From Candidatus Woesearchaeota archaeon (lineage in GTDB: Archaea; Nanobdellota; Nanobdellia; Pacearchaeales; GW2011-AR1), in contig CAZHCJ010000001.1 of assembly GCA_964530945.1 (NCBI GenBank), positions 2,140-66,139 on the forward strand: 64,000 nt of DNA. Direction: 5' to 3'. A model generated the notes under the pieces. That model searched no databases, was not told the DNA's origin, and was given only the letters and a program-made list of their open reading frames with translations. Of the stretch, positions 18,600 through 28,513 are shown piece by piece. The position numbers and the translations under genes were made by a program. How positions within the stretch are numbered: position 1 is the stretch's first letter; each line of letters begins with the position of its first letter.

Positions 18600-19907
18600 T
18601 TAAGGAGTATAACGAGTCATCGTTCTAGGGAAACCAATCGTATCTTTTATACTATCTAATTTACAAATCCATTGAAGAACACGTTCAATTCCAACACCAT
18701 ATCCTGAATGGGGCACACTCCCATACTTCCTCAAATCAAAATAAAACCCGTAATCTTTTGGTTTTTCTCCATCACGTTTTAAATTCTTGGACATTTCTTC
18801 TACATCAAGACTACGTTCGCTCCCTCCTACAATCTCCAGACCACAATCTGGAGCAAGCATATCAAAACAAAGAGCTTCGTCCGGATTCTTTGGGTCTTTT
18901 GGTTTGTAAAAAGCCATAACTTCTCTTGGATAATGGGTAACTACAACAGGCGTGTCAAATTGTTTCATCAGATTTTCTTCCTCAATGGTCCTTAAATCCT
19001 TTCCAAATTTCACACTCATTCCTGAATTCTCTTTAAGTATTTTCAAGGCCTCTCTATATTTTATTGTGGGCCACTTTTTCTTAGCAACTTTAATTATGTC
19101 TTTAGGATTAACTCCAAGAATTTTAAACTCATCTGGACAACGCTCTGCAACAGATTTTATACAGTATTTAATTTCCTTTTTTGCAAATTCTGTAATCTCT
19201 GGAAGCTTCCACCATGCAACTTCTGTTTCAGCCATCCAAAACTCTGACAAATGACGGCTTGTTTTACTCTTTTCGGCTCTGAACGTTGGGCCCATGTTGT
19301 ATACCTTTTCCAAAGAAAAAATTGCTGCTTCCCCATAAAGTTGCCACGTTTGAGCAAGATAAAGTTTCTTACCATAATAATCTACCTCAAAAACCGTGCT
19401 TCCCCCTTCTGATTGAGTGGGTTGAAGAACAGGAGTATCAAATCTGTAAAATCCTTCTTTCCTAAAGAACTCTTCCCTTGCCTGAATATATGCACTTCTT
19501 ATTTTAAAAATAGCATTCATTTTTCTGCTCCTAATCCAAAGATGCCTTCTATCTCCTAAGAGTTCTTCATTTAGATCTTCATTAATGGGAAAATCATCTG
19601 CAACGCCAACAACATTAATCTTTTTTGCTTGAATTTCATAACCGGTAGGGGCTCGCTCATCTTTCCTTATGGTCCCTTCAACTTCTACAGAAGATTCAAT
19701 AAGCAAACCACTCAACTCATTCCATTGTTTTTTTGAAAAATCTTCACGTTTGAAGACACACTGGATTATATTTGAAGAATCACGAAGAACAATGAACCTG
19801 AATTTATTGCTGCCTCTTTCTCTATAAACCCATCCACGCACAGCTACTTTTCCTTTGCCCTTACGCATAGCTTCTTCAATTGATATGAATTTTGTTTTCT
19901 TTGTCAT
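18600..19907 (-). CDS. asnS: Asparaginyl-tRNA synthetase
   Basis: Class II motifs: FRAEKSKTSRHLSEFWMAE, GSERS, GYGVGIERV. N-terminal OB fold. Confidence 0.85.
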   Translation of the reverse strand: MTKKTKFISIEEAMRKGKGKVAVRGWVYRERGSNKFRFIVLRDSSNIIQCVFKREDFSKKQWNELSGLLIESSVEVEGTIRKDERAPTGYEIQAKKINVVGVADDFPINEDLNEELLGDRRHLWIRSRKMNAIFKIRSAYIQAREEFFRKEGFYRFDTPVLQPTQSEGGSTVFEVDYYGKKLYLAQTWQLYGEAAIFSLEKVYNMGPTFRAEKSKTSRHLSEFWMAETEVAWWKLPEITEFAKKEIKYCIKSVAERCPDEFKILGVNPKDIIKVAKKKWPTIKYREALKILKENSGMSVKFGKDLRTIEEENLMKQFDTPVVVTHYPREVMAFYKPKDPKNPDEALCFDMLAPDCGLEIVGGSERSLDVEEMSKNLKRDGEKPKDYGFYFDLRKYGSVPHSGYGVGIERVLQWICKLDSIKDTIGFPRTMTRYTP

Positions 19908-20290
19908 TTTTTCTTCTTAGAATTTATATTTTTTATTGGTTTGGGTTTTGGCATCTTAGAAACCTTTTCTAATTCCTTATTGAATTCAGATCTTAATTTC
20001 GGAGAGCAATTAATTGAAATAAACATTTTTTTATCTCCAAAAAAGAGGTCTATCCTTACATTTTTGCTTAGAACACCCTTATGTCCTAAATGAGTATCTT
20101 TTAATTTATTAAAATTCATTTCCTTTATCTTTCCTTTGGTGTCTTCTTCATAAAAATTTAGATATATTCCAAAAATATCTGAAAAAAATTTAGACAAGAT
20201 CTCAATTACTTCATTACTTTTGTCAAAGACATAGTAATTAAATCTCCCATCATTTCCTATTGCATACAATCTTATCTTTTTCTTTGTCAT
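19904..20290 (-). CDS. Hypothetical protein lying between aspS and asnS
   Basis: 128 aa. Its stop overlaps the asnS start. Confidence 0.4.
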   Translation of the reverse strand: MTKKKIRLYAIGNDGRFNYYVFDKSNEVIEILSKFFSDIFGIYLNFYEEDTKGKIKEMNFNKLKDTHLGHKGVLSKNVRIDLFFGDKKMFISINCSPKLRSEFNKELEKVSKMPKPKPIKNINSKKKK

Positions 20291-20297
20291 TTTTATT

Positions 20298-21587
20298 CTA
20301 AGGTGTTAAACGCTTCCTGTCTCTTGGAAAAAGCGTTGCTTCCCTTATGTTTTTTAATCCTAATATTGCCTGCGTTAATCTTTCCAAACCAATACTCCAA
20401 CCCGAATGTTCGGGAGCACCATATCTAAAAGCATCAATGTACCACTTAAAATCTTTTGGCTTCAAATCCTTGGATTTTAATTGATTTATTAATATCTCGG
20501 GAACATGAACACGTTGCCCACCAGAACTTATTTCTAATCCACCGTAAACAGCATCAAACCCTCCAGAAATTCCTATTTCCGGATTTTTTGGCCAAATGTA
20601 AAAGGGCTTCATTTCAATAGGCCATTCATATGTGAAAACTATTGCATCTGGAAAGATCTCATTTAACTTTCTTTCGGCTTCAGGTTCAAAATCGTCTCCT
20701 TCTTTCATTTTAAAACCTTTTTCATTTAAAATTTTTATCGCTTCTTTGTAAGTCAAATACTCTGCTCTTGGAATCTTTAATTTAACTCCTAAAACTTTTA
20801 ATTCATGTTTACACTCTTTCAAAACTATTTCGGCAATGTGTTTCACAACTTGCTCAAGATATTTCATAACTCTCATATCGTCTGCAAAAGCCACTTCTAT
20901 ATCCATTTGACGTATTTCGTTTATGTGTTTGCTCGTATCATGTTTTTCTGCACGCCAGACTGCACTAGTGGAGAACACTTTTTCTAAAGAAATCGCCCCA
21001 AGTTGTTTATACAATTGCGGGCTTTGTGCAAGATATGCCTTCTCTCCAAAGTAATCTACTTTAAACAAATCTGTTCCTCCCTCTGTACTCGTGGAAATTA
21101 TTGCGGGTGGCTGTATTTCGACAAAACCTTTCTTGTGAAAAAACTCCCTAAAAGAATTTATAATCGTACTCTGTATTTTAAAAATTGCTTTAACCTTCGA
21201 TTTACGTAAATCTAGATATCTATAATCTAAACGTTTATCCAAACCTGCTTTGACAGTTTTCTCATTTACATGTATGGGCAGCTTTTCAGATTTCCCCAGA
21301 ATTTTCATTTTTTCTATTTCTATTTCAACATCTTCTCTAACACTTTCTGCTTTGATTTTGGCATTTTTAACCTTACCTCTAATTTCGACTACACTTTCTA
21401 AAGTTAAATCAGAAGCGACATTCATGACTTCTCCACTCTTAGCTATGCACTGAACCATTCCGGTCCTATCACGAAGAACAACAAATTTCAACTTCGCCAA
21501 GCTTCTAACTTCATGCACCCATCCTTTCAGCAAAACTTTTTTATCTTTTTTGCTTGCTTTGAGTTCACTTATGTAGCTTCTATCCAT
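20298..21587 (-). CDS. aspS: Aspartyl-tRNA synthetase (archaeal type)
   Basis: QSPQLYKQ, WRAEKHDTSKHINE, GGLEISSGGQR, GWSIGLERL. Confidence 0.9.
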   Translation of the reverse strand: MDRSYISELKASKKDKKVLLKGWVHEVRSLAKLKFVVLRDRTGMVQCIAKSGEVMNVASDLTLESVVEIRGKVKNAKIKAESVREDVEIEIEKMKILGKSEKLPIHVNEKTVKAGLDKRLDYRYLDLRKSKVKAIFKIQSTIINSFREFFHKKGFVEIQPPAIISTSTEGGTDLFKVDYFGEKAYLAQSPQLYKQLGAISLEKVFSTSAVWRAEKHDTSKHINEIRQMDIEVAFADDMRVMKYLEQVVKHIAEIVLKECKHELKVLGVKLKIPRAEYLTYKEAIKILNEKGFKMKEGDDFEPEAERKLNEIFPDAIVFTYEWPIEMKPFYIWPKNPEIGISGGFDAVYGGLEISSGGQRVHVPEILINQLKSKDLKPKDFKWYIDAFRYGAPEHSGWSIGLERLTQAILGLKNIREATLFPRDRKRLTP

Positions 21588-21955
21588 GAATTAAAAAAAG
21601 AAATATTGTTTATTAAATTATTGCTTATTCCAATTTTTTCTTATCTAAAAAACTAATAATTAAATCTTCTTTCATATGCCTTATGATCCATCCATTCAAG
21701 TATTATTGAAAATACAACTAAATCATCTCCACGAACACTATACAAAAGCCTCTAAACTCCTGGAAGATTATATTTCCAAACATTTTTTACATTATACTTC
21801 TCAAAATATCTTTTTGGAATTAGCTTTTTTGGGATTTGTGTCCCACAAAATGCGTTCTTTTCTATATCTCTAAAGGCTCTTCTAATGAACCTATATAAAT
21901 TTGTTATTTGCTAGAAAATTATTTTATCTAAAATATCCTACTTTCAAATTTTTGT

Positions 21956-22252
21956 CTACCCCAATTTCTTCCCAATCTTCTTCGCCTTTTTCTTGCCTTC
22001 CTCTTCAGCTTCGAGCATTCTTCTGAAAAAATTTTCTGCACTTACTTCGGTTTTCAAAATCAAATAAATTAAAACTATTGCTAAAATAGTGACTATAATT
22101 GCTGCGATAAATTCATAAAGCAATATGCTTGTAGGAAATAAGACCTCTATTGCATGAGATATGACATCTTTCCAAATTAAGGCTGCAGCCAAAGTGAAAG
22201 CGGTCACAACTGCAGTTTTGATTATCCCGCCTATGTTTGGTTCATCTATCAT
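21956..22252 (-). CDS. Small membrane protein, hypothetical
   Basis: Two TM helices and a K-rich tail. Confidence 0.4.
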   Translation of the reverse strand: MIDEPNIGGIIKTAVVTAFTLAAALIWKDVISHAIEVLFPTSILLYEFIAAIIVTILAIVLIYLILKTEVSAENFFRRMLEAEEEGKKKAKKIGKKLG

Positions 22253-22659
22253 TTTTTGTTCTTTTTCCCAGATTTAATTTTTTTACTTTTTGATTTAGAC
22301 TTCTTCTTTTTCACAGGTCCTGGCTTCTTTGGACCTGGCTTCCTATACGTTTTGGGAGTATACTCTTGAATTCTCTTATCTCCGAGATGTCTCTTGAACA
22401 CATATGAACTAATCAAAGACACATAATAAAATGCAAAAGCTATTCCAAAAAATGAAAAAAACACAGTCAATATTTTTCCTACATTAGTTGTTGGAGTGAT
22501 ATCTCCATAACCAATCGTTGTTGCACTAATAACTACAAAATAAACTGCATCTATCAAAGCCCATCCTTCAATTTGGGTGTAAGCAAAAGCCGAGCCAGCC
22601 AAAACCAAAATGAAAACTAATGCAGACAACACAAAGTGCCTACCATGATCGTTTACCAT
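22249..22659 (-). CDS. 2-TM potassium channel (KcsA-like pore) with a poly-Lys/Pro C-terminal tail
   Basis: Selectivity filter TTIGYGD between two hydrophobic helices. Tail KPGPKKPGPVKKKKSKSKSKK. Confidence 0.75.
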   Translation of the reverse strand: MVNDHGRHFVLSALVFILVLAGSAFAYTQIEGWALIDAVYFVVISATTIGYGDITPTTNVGKILTVFFSFFGIAFAFYYVSLISSYVFKRHLGDKRIQEYTPKTYRKPGPKKPGPVKKKKSKSKSKKIKSGKKNKK

Positions 22660-22739
22660 TAATCTTCCCTCTTTTTACAATAAAAACTAGTTAATATGTT
22701 TTTTAATAGTTTTGTTTTTAGATCAAACACTCTGAAAAA

Positions 22740-24182
22740 TTAGAAGATTAATCTCTTTATACTTTCCATAACTTCTTTTGCGTTAACCTTTCCCTTAAAT
22801 TCTTTCATAATCAAGCCCATATAGGCATTTTCAGAAAGTCCCGGTTTTGATTTGATAAGATTTAATATCTTTTCCTCCAAATCTTTGACCTCTTTAATTT
22901 CTGTTTGAATTGCTTCTTTAAAACTTTTTCCTTGAACAATCTCTTCCATGACATGTTTTATATTGCTTTCAACAATCTCCTCTCTCGCAACTCCTTCAAG
23001 TATTCTTGCAAGAATCTCTCCATTCAATTTCTTTCTAATCTTATTCATAGAAATTCCTTCTTTGCTTGCAATTTCTTTAATATATAAAACCAAAGTTTTT
23101 GCTGTTAAATCGGGGCGATTGGTAATCTGCAACAAATCCTTATACTCTTCAAGCATATCTTCCTTAAGAATTAATTTAATCATCTCTTTGCTTAGCCCCT
23201 CTGACTCTAACTCCTTCTTAATATCTCGCTTGAGTTTTGGCAAAGCTTTTTTTACACTATCAATTTGCTTTCTCGAAATTTTCAATAAAGGTAAATCTGT
23301 TTCAGGATACATTCTATCTGCCCCTGGCATAGGTCTAAGAAATTTTGAGTTTCCATCTCTCAAAACCCTTCTAACTTCAGCCTTAGATTTCTTTTTCTTG
23401 ACCAAGATTTTTTGACGTTTAATTTCTTTATCCATTGCCAAGCCGATATTATTTATATCTTGAAAACCTTTCAATTCAATTCTCTTCCCTCCTTTAATAG
23501 AAAGGTTCACATCTTGTCTTATTGTTCCAATTCCGCGTTTAACATTACAACTTCTCAAAATCTCTCCAATATGCAAAGCAACTTCTTGGGCCTGGGCAGG
23601 AGTTTTTATGTCTGGCTCTGTGGCAATCTCAATCAAAGGTATTCCTAAACGGTCAAGTTTGTAAATTCCTTTTTTCCTATCTGCTATTCTTGCGGAATCT
23701 TCTTCCAAACAAACACTTTGGATTCTAACCTTCCCAAAATTTGTTTCAACGTAACCATTTTCTGCTATAAGAACAGTACGCTGGAAACCACTCGTGTTAC
23801 TTCCATCAATAACTGTCTTACGCATTATTTGACTTACGGAAAGAATCTCGCAATTTAAAAAAACTGCAACTTGAAGCGCAATATTCAGTGCTTCTTCGTT
23901 AATCATATATGGAGGCTCTTCATCCAACTCCACCAAACACGTTGTATCATAACCTTGATAAATAAAAGTCTTATCAAGAGATGCTTCATGCCTAGCGGCA
24001 ACATCGACCTCGCCACTTTCACCTGCGACCGCATGGAGTTTACGCTTAATGCTAAAATCAGGCTCATCACTTCTCAACACCGAAGGACAACGACAAAAAA
24101 GTTTTCCTGTGTTCAACTGCTGGTGTATCTCCAAACCAGATTTTAAACCAAGTTTTTCGTAATTTAAATCCTTTCCTGTCAT
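22740..24182 (-). CDS. gatE: Glu-tRNA(Gln) amidotransferase subunit E (GatE). Short form, 480 aa.
   Basis: KLGLKSGLEIHQQLNTGKLFCRCPS. GatB/YqeY-like C-terminal helical tail. Confidence 0.85.
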   Translation of the reverse strand: MTGKDLNYEKLGLKSGLEIHQQLNTGKLFCRCPSVLRSDEPDFSIKRKLHAVAGESGEVDVAARHEASLDKTFIYQGYDTTCLVELDEEPPYMINEEALNIALQVAVFLNCEILSVSQIMRKTVIDGSNTSGFQRTVLIAENGYVETNFGKVRIQSVCLEEDSARIADRKKGIYKLDRLGIPLIEIATEPDIKTPAQAQEVALHIGEILRSCNVKRGIGTIRQDVNLSIKGGKRIELKGFQDINNIGLAMDKEIKRQKILVKKKKSKAEVRRVLRDGNSKFLRPMPGADRMYPETDLPLLKISRKQIDSVKKALPKLKRDIKKELESEGLSKEMIKLILKEDMLEEYKDLLQITNRPDLTAKTLVLYIKEIASKEGISMNKIRKKLNGEILARILEGVAREEIVESNIKHVMEEIVQGKSFKEAIQTEIKEVKDLEEKILNLIKSKPGLSENAYMGLIMKEFKGKVNAKEVMESIKRLIF

Positions 24183-24217
24183 AAAAACAAAAAGCTTGGA
24201 TATTATATAAAATTAAC

Positions 24218-24472
24218 TTACTCGTACGACAACTTAATTTTAGAATTCTTATAATGATTCTTAAAATCTTCTCGCATGCTTTCAGGCAAATCCACAAGAT
24301 GAAACAAAGATTTTCTTTTCATGTCAATCATCTTATCCAGCCTACCCAACAAACCTATTGCATCTTTCAGTCTAATTTCCTCCCTGTCATGACGCTTATA
24401 TTCCTTCAAACCAGCCCAATAAACATAATATCCTAATGGAGAATACTCAAGCCAATGATGCTTCATAGACAA
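24218..24472 (-). CDS. Hypothetical protein
   Basis: 84 aa, lying between the PRT-domain gene and gatE. Confidence 0.3.
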   Translation of the reverse strand: MSMKHHWLEYSPLGYYVYWAGLKEYKRHDREEIRLKDAIGLLGRLDKMIDMKRKSLFHLVDLPESMREDFKNHYKNSKIKLSYE

Positions 24473-24505
24473 AGAAATGAAAAGAGTTACTTATAAGTTA
24501 TGGAT

Positions 24506-25618
24506 TTAATCAGATTTGTCTCCTTGATAAATTCCCCACTCTCCCACATAGAATTCATGTTTATCAAGTATTGGGACTCTTGATCTTTTTCGATCTCTTT
24601 TAAGCGTTGCAATTCTTATCTCTCCAGGAAGAACTCCTTCAATTTGATTTATAATGCCCCTGAGAGTATTCCCTGTAGTGACCCAATCTTCAACAACAAG
24701 GATATCTTCTCCTTCCAAACTCTGCCCTAAAAATTCTGCATCATTTTCTATCCAAGGAAACCGATGATGTCTTGTCTTTCTTGAATAAAACAAAGGATAT
24801 GTTACAGGCAAATGCCCTTTATCTTCGTATGCAATTGATAGCCTTGCTCCAAACTCATTTCCTCCTTGCGCAATGGGAAAAACTACTGTTGGTTTAAATA
24901 AAATTTCCCCATTACTATCTGTTCTCGTTACCTCCTCTTTCAATTTTCTAGTAAGTTTGCCTTCATGATGTATGCTTTTTTGGGTTGTCGGAACCAATTC
25001 AAAGGACCTCATGTACTTCGGAGAGATTTTTTCTAAAAGTTTGTTTACAATTTTACTTCTTGCCTTCAAATTTTCATTTCCTGCCAATTCTCCAGATAAT
25101 TGATATTGGTCCCATAATCTTATTACTCCTTTTACAACATCTACAGCACTCAATTTTTCAATTCTCGCTTCTTCGGGAGGAATGTATTGGTCTGCTACGG
25201 CACTTACAACTGCATGTAAATAAGCCAAACCCAGATTATGATTATCATTAAATAAAGAATTTGAGAAATCGTTGGACTTTCTAAAATTAGGGATAATTAA
25301 ATTTCCAATCAAAGAATTTGTTAGCATTAATGATTCGTATGCTTCATCCTCTGTTGTTATCTCTCTTTCTCCTTCTCCGATAACCTTTTTCTGCCTATTC
25401 CTTCTTAGTCCATAGTATCTCCTTAAAGTATCCAACATTTCACCTGCAAAATCGGATTCTGGACCCGACTCCTCCGAAAAATCATCTGCATTTAAAAGAA
25501 GATGATGTGCTTTCAAAAGTGTTCTTTCCAAACCTTTAACAGAATCGCTTCTAGAAACACTCTCTAAAGCTTCCACTAATTCATGGTATACTTCTTTTCT
25601 TTTTTGAGGATTACTCAT
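24506..25618 (-). CDS. Phosphoribosyltransferase-domain protein with an uncharacterised N-terminal extension of about 230 aa
   Basis: C-terminal type-I PRT motif DILVVEDWVTTGNTLRG. No match recognised for the N-terminal region. Confidence 0.55.
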   Translation of the reverse strand: MSNPQKRKEVYHELVEALESVSRSDSVKGLERTLLKAHHLLLNADDFSEESGPESDFAGEMLDTLRRYYGLRRNRQKKVIGEGEREITTEDEAYESLMLTNSLIGNLIIPNFRKSNDFSNSLFNDNHNLGLAYLHAVVSAVADQYIPPEEARIEKLSAVDVVKGVIRLWDQYQLSGELAGNENLKARSKIVNKLLEKISPKYMRSFELVPTTQKSIHHEGKLTRKLKEEVTRTDSNGEILFKPTVVFPIAQGGNEFGARLSIAYEDKGHLPVTYPLFYSRKTRHHRFPWIENDAEFLGQSLEGEDILVVEDWVTTGNTLRGIINQIEGVLPGEIRIATLKRDRKRSRVPILDKHEFYVGEWGIYQGDKSD

Positions 25619-25694
25619 GAAAAAAACAATGAATTTTCATTTAAAAACCTTACTAATGTAACCTCTAAAAAGTTACAACTATATTAAGGGCTTA

Positions 25695-26186
25695 TTGGGT
25701 AAGTTTTATAATCGTTTTATCATATTAGAATGCATGGCAAAAAAGAAAATGTCTAAAAAAATCACCGAGGATTTCGCAGAGCCCTTCAAAATAAAATTCA
25801 ACATTCAAGACATACTCCAAATAATTGTTGGAAGTTTCGTACTTGCCGTGCCTGTGGGCTTCACACAAGAAGTCTGGGAGATGGCAGAACGCTTGCCTTT
25901 ACTAAACATGATTTCAATACTTGTTTTAACCTTGTTTTTTATAAGCATATTCACTTATTACAGTTATCACAAAGAACACATAAATGCTCATCCAAAATAC
26001 CATATTTTTGAACTAAGTAAAAGAGTTCTAACAACCTATGGAATCTCATTTATTGTTGTAGCAATACTTATGACTGCAATTAACGTAACGCCTTGGAAAA
26101 CTAATCTTTTAATGGCGATAAACCTTGTTGTATTAGTAACCTTTCCGGCAGCAATCGGAGCAGTCATATCTGATAGGATAAAGTAA
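25695..26186 (+). CDS. Integral membrane protein, hypothetical. The true start may be the internal MAKKKMSKK.
   Basis: Four predicted TM helices. Confidence 0.45.
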   Translation: MGKFYNRFIILECMAKKKMSKKITEDFAEPFKIKFNIQDILQIIVGSFVLAVPVGFTQEVWEMAERLPLLNMISILVLTLFFISIFTYYSYHKEHINAHPKYHIFELSKRVLTTYGISFIVVAILMTAINVTPWKTNLLMAINLVVLVTFPAAIGAVISDRIK

Positions 26187-26253
26187 TTAGATATCTAAAA
26201 AACTAAAGCTTCCTTAAAATTCTTTGACTAGAATTCTTCCTTAAATTAATCTT

Positions 26254-27057
26254 TTATGCCTTTCCTCTCAAAACTGCTTCTGCTCTATCATATCGCTCTT
26301 GCAAATCTGAGAGTTCTCTTTCTTTTGATTCTCTAAGTTTTCCCAAATAATCATCAAATTCGGCGCGAGTGCCTTCGGCACTAACAACAACCACCCGACC
26401 ACCGCCATTAGAACCCTCAAGCCAGCCAACACCCGAATACCAACCGCCACCCCAGCCAAAGACGGCCCTGGAAAGACGAGTGCTCCCGGCATATAGGGTT
26501 CTTTCTCCGTCATTTTCAAAAATAGGCATTCCTCTTTCATTTTGTCTTGTGAATTTTCTTCTATTGTTCTCATCTCTTAATTCAGGAGCTTCAAACATCT
26601 CTGTTTCATCGTCAACTAAAAAATTTAATCCGTAAGCAGAATTTATATCTTGTCTTAATCTTAATCCATTTGCAACGATTGGCTCTCTCAGATCAAGTCC
26701 TCTCTCTTTTGCTTTTCCTTCCAAATATCTTGCCAATCTTTCATTAGCTTCATAAGAAGTGCCTTCACTTCTTAAAACAACAGAAGGCGCATCCACATAC
26801 ATTCTTTTTAAAAAATCTTCATCTCCTAATATGATTTGGTCTAATTCTGGAAGAGAAGCGGTTCTTATCCCAATTTGGTTAAGCAATAAAACCTTAAATA
26901 AGTTAGAACCTCTTATTGGAATGTTTAAAGTATCTTTTGCTCTTTGATTGTCATATCTGCTTGTAGCATCTTCATATATTGCTTGTTGGTCTTCAGACAA
27001 GAAATTTGCTTCTAAATGAGGAACATTTTTAGGCGTGAATCTTAATGTCTTTTCCAT
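26254..27057 (-). CDS. Hypothetical protein of 267 aa, locally GC-rich (family A/B). Paralog of the gene at 42600..43133.
   Basis: C-terminal motif GWYSGVGWLEGSNGGGRVVVVSAEG. A 100-nt stretch, 26380-26479, is about 61% GC against a background of about 30%. Confidence 0.6.
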   Translation of the reverse strand: MEKTLRFTPKNVPHLEANFLSEDQQAIYEDATSRYDNQRAKDTLNIPIRGSNLFKVLLLNQIGIRTASLPELDQIILGDEDFLKRMYVDAPSVVLRSEGTSYEANERLARYLEGKAKERGLDLREPIVANGLRLRQDINSAYGLNFLVDDETEMFEAPELRDENNRRKFTRQNERGMPIFENDGERTLYAGSTRLSRAVFGWGGGWYSGVGWLEGSNGGGRVVVVSAEGTRAEFDDYLGKLRESKERELSDLQERYDRAEAVLRGKA

Positions 27058-27135
27058 ATTTTGAACATAAATCCTAGGTTTATAAATCTTCCCATTATGT
27101 TACTATTATAGGATTACATTAAATTACTCCAATAG

Positions 27136-28470
27136 TTAAACTTCAAGCCTTTCATTCAGCTCATTAGAAATATTTTCCAACATTTTTTCTTTAACTTTTT
27201 CCTTGCTCTTTGTCCATTGCTTGTGTCCTAAAACCCATCCAAGCTTAACCAAAGCCGTCTCGCTTAACATGTTTTCTAAAAATATTACTCCAGTATTCAA
27301 AATCTCACGGCCATTACTATAAACCCACGGATCTAACCTTCCATACACTGTTTGAGCGGTAGCGCAAACAATCATGCCTTTGTCTTGAATTTTTTTAAGT
27401 TTTTTTAGCCACCCTTTGCGAGCTTTAACAGGAACATGTCCAAGGCCAGACATTTCCAAAACCAAACCTTTGTATTTTTTCTTTTGATAAAAATCAAGTA
27501 TATCTGGATTTTGTCCAGGATAAACCTTGACCAAGGCAACTTTTTCTTCGAAAGCCATATCTGTTTTTACCTTGCTTTTACCTTTTTTTCTAACATTGTA
27601 TTCTCTCAATGGAATAATTTTATCAGGAAATATTTTTGCGAAAGCCTTGTCGTTTATTGGCTTGAAAGCATCCCTACGCGAAGTGTGCATTTTTCGTGTT
27701 TTCGTTGCAGGCAAAGCATAACAATAATCATCATTAATTGTTCCGTGCCCCACTAACATCACTTCGGCAATCTCACTTATGGCAGCCAAAGCGCTACACT
27801 GCAAATTCAAATTAGCATCACTTGAAGCACGATCTATACTTCTTTGGCTGTAAGTCAAAACCACTGGCTTGTTCAGGTTCTTGCTTCCCCCCAACAAAAA
27901 GAAACTTAAAGCAGAGGCAGTGTAGTGTAAAAAATCAGTCCCATGAGTAATAATTACCCCTTTAATATTATTATCATTGAGAAGTTTCTTTGCAACCCTC
28001 GCTAACTTTTGCCAGTCTCTATAATCCATATCTTCTGAAGCCTTCAAAAACGGACGCTCAACTTTTACAACATTTACAATCTCAAACACCTCAGGATAAT
28101 ATCTAAACAAATCTTCCGGCTCTGTTAAAGGGTCTACACCTCCTGTTTTTGCATCTAAACGAGAAGCTATTGTCCCTCCCGTAATAATCATTGCGACATT
28201 AGGTTTGCTTTTATGCCGTTTTATTTCCAAATCAGGTCTCTCGCTTTTTCCTTTTTCAATCAATTCTATAAAACGAATTTTTTTCTTGTTCAAACCAATA
28301 TTGTATCCCGAATTGAGTTTTATCAAAACTATGTTTTTTTCATTTTTTGGACTTTGCAAAAGTCTTCCTCTGTAGCTTTTTTTCAAAAGCTTAACTTCAA
28401 CCAAATCTCCTGGCAAAGGTTTAACCTTTTTCTCAATTTTTTTCTTTTTCTTCTTTTTAACCATAAACAA
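27136..28470 (-). CDS. gatD: Glu-tRNA(Gln) amidotransferase subunit D (GatD)
   Basis: N-terminal GatD domain plus an asparaginase-like domain: IITGGTIAS, ITHGTD, GHGT. Poly-Lys N-terminus derived from an A-tract. Confidence 0.85.
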   Translation of the reverse strand: MFMVKKKKKKKIEKKVKPLPGDLVEVKLLKKSYRGRLLQSPKNEKNIVLIKLNSGYNIGLNKKKIRFIELIEKGKSERPDLEIKRHKSKPNVAMIITGGTIASRLDAKTGGVDPLTEPEDLFRYYPEVFEIVNVVKVERPFLKASEDMDYRDWQKLARVAKKLLNDNNIKGVIITHGTDFLHYTASALSFFLLGGSKNLNKPVVLTYSQRSIDRASSDANLNLQCSALAAISEIAEVMLVGHGTINDDYCYALPATKTRKMHTSRRDAFKPINDKAFAKIFPDKIIPLREYNVRKKGKSKVKTDMAFEEKVALVKVYPGQNPDILDFYQKKKYKGLVLEMSGLGHVPVKARKGWLKKLKKIQDKGMIVCATAQTVYGRLDPWVYSNGREILNTGVIFLENMLSETALVKLGWVLGHKQWTKSKEKVKEKMLENISNELNERLEV

Positions 28471-28513
28471 TAAAACTAAAGATTGTATAAAAAATTATCC
28501 TTTCCTTAAATGA

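Noticed and set aside
21676-21873. 65-aa ORF in the 368-nt aspS upstream intergenic region. Also considered an ncRNA there.
   Set aside because: No RBS or promoter spacing. Orientation is opposite to all neighbours. The region is AT-rich with no stable structure, so it looks like promoter or spacer DNA.
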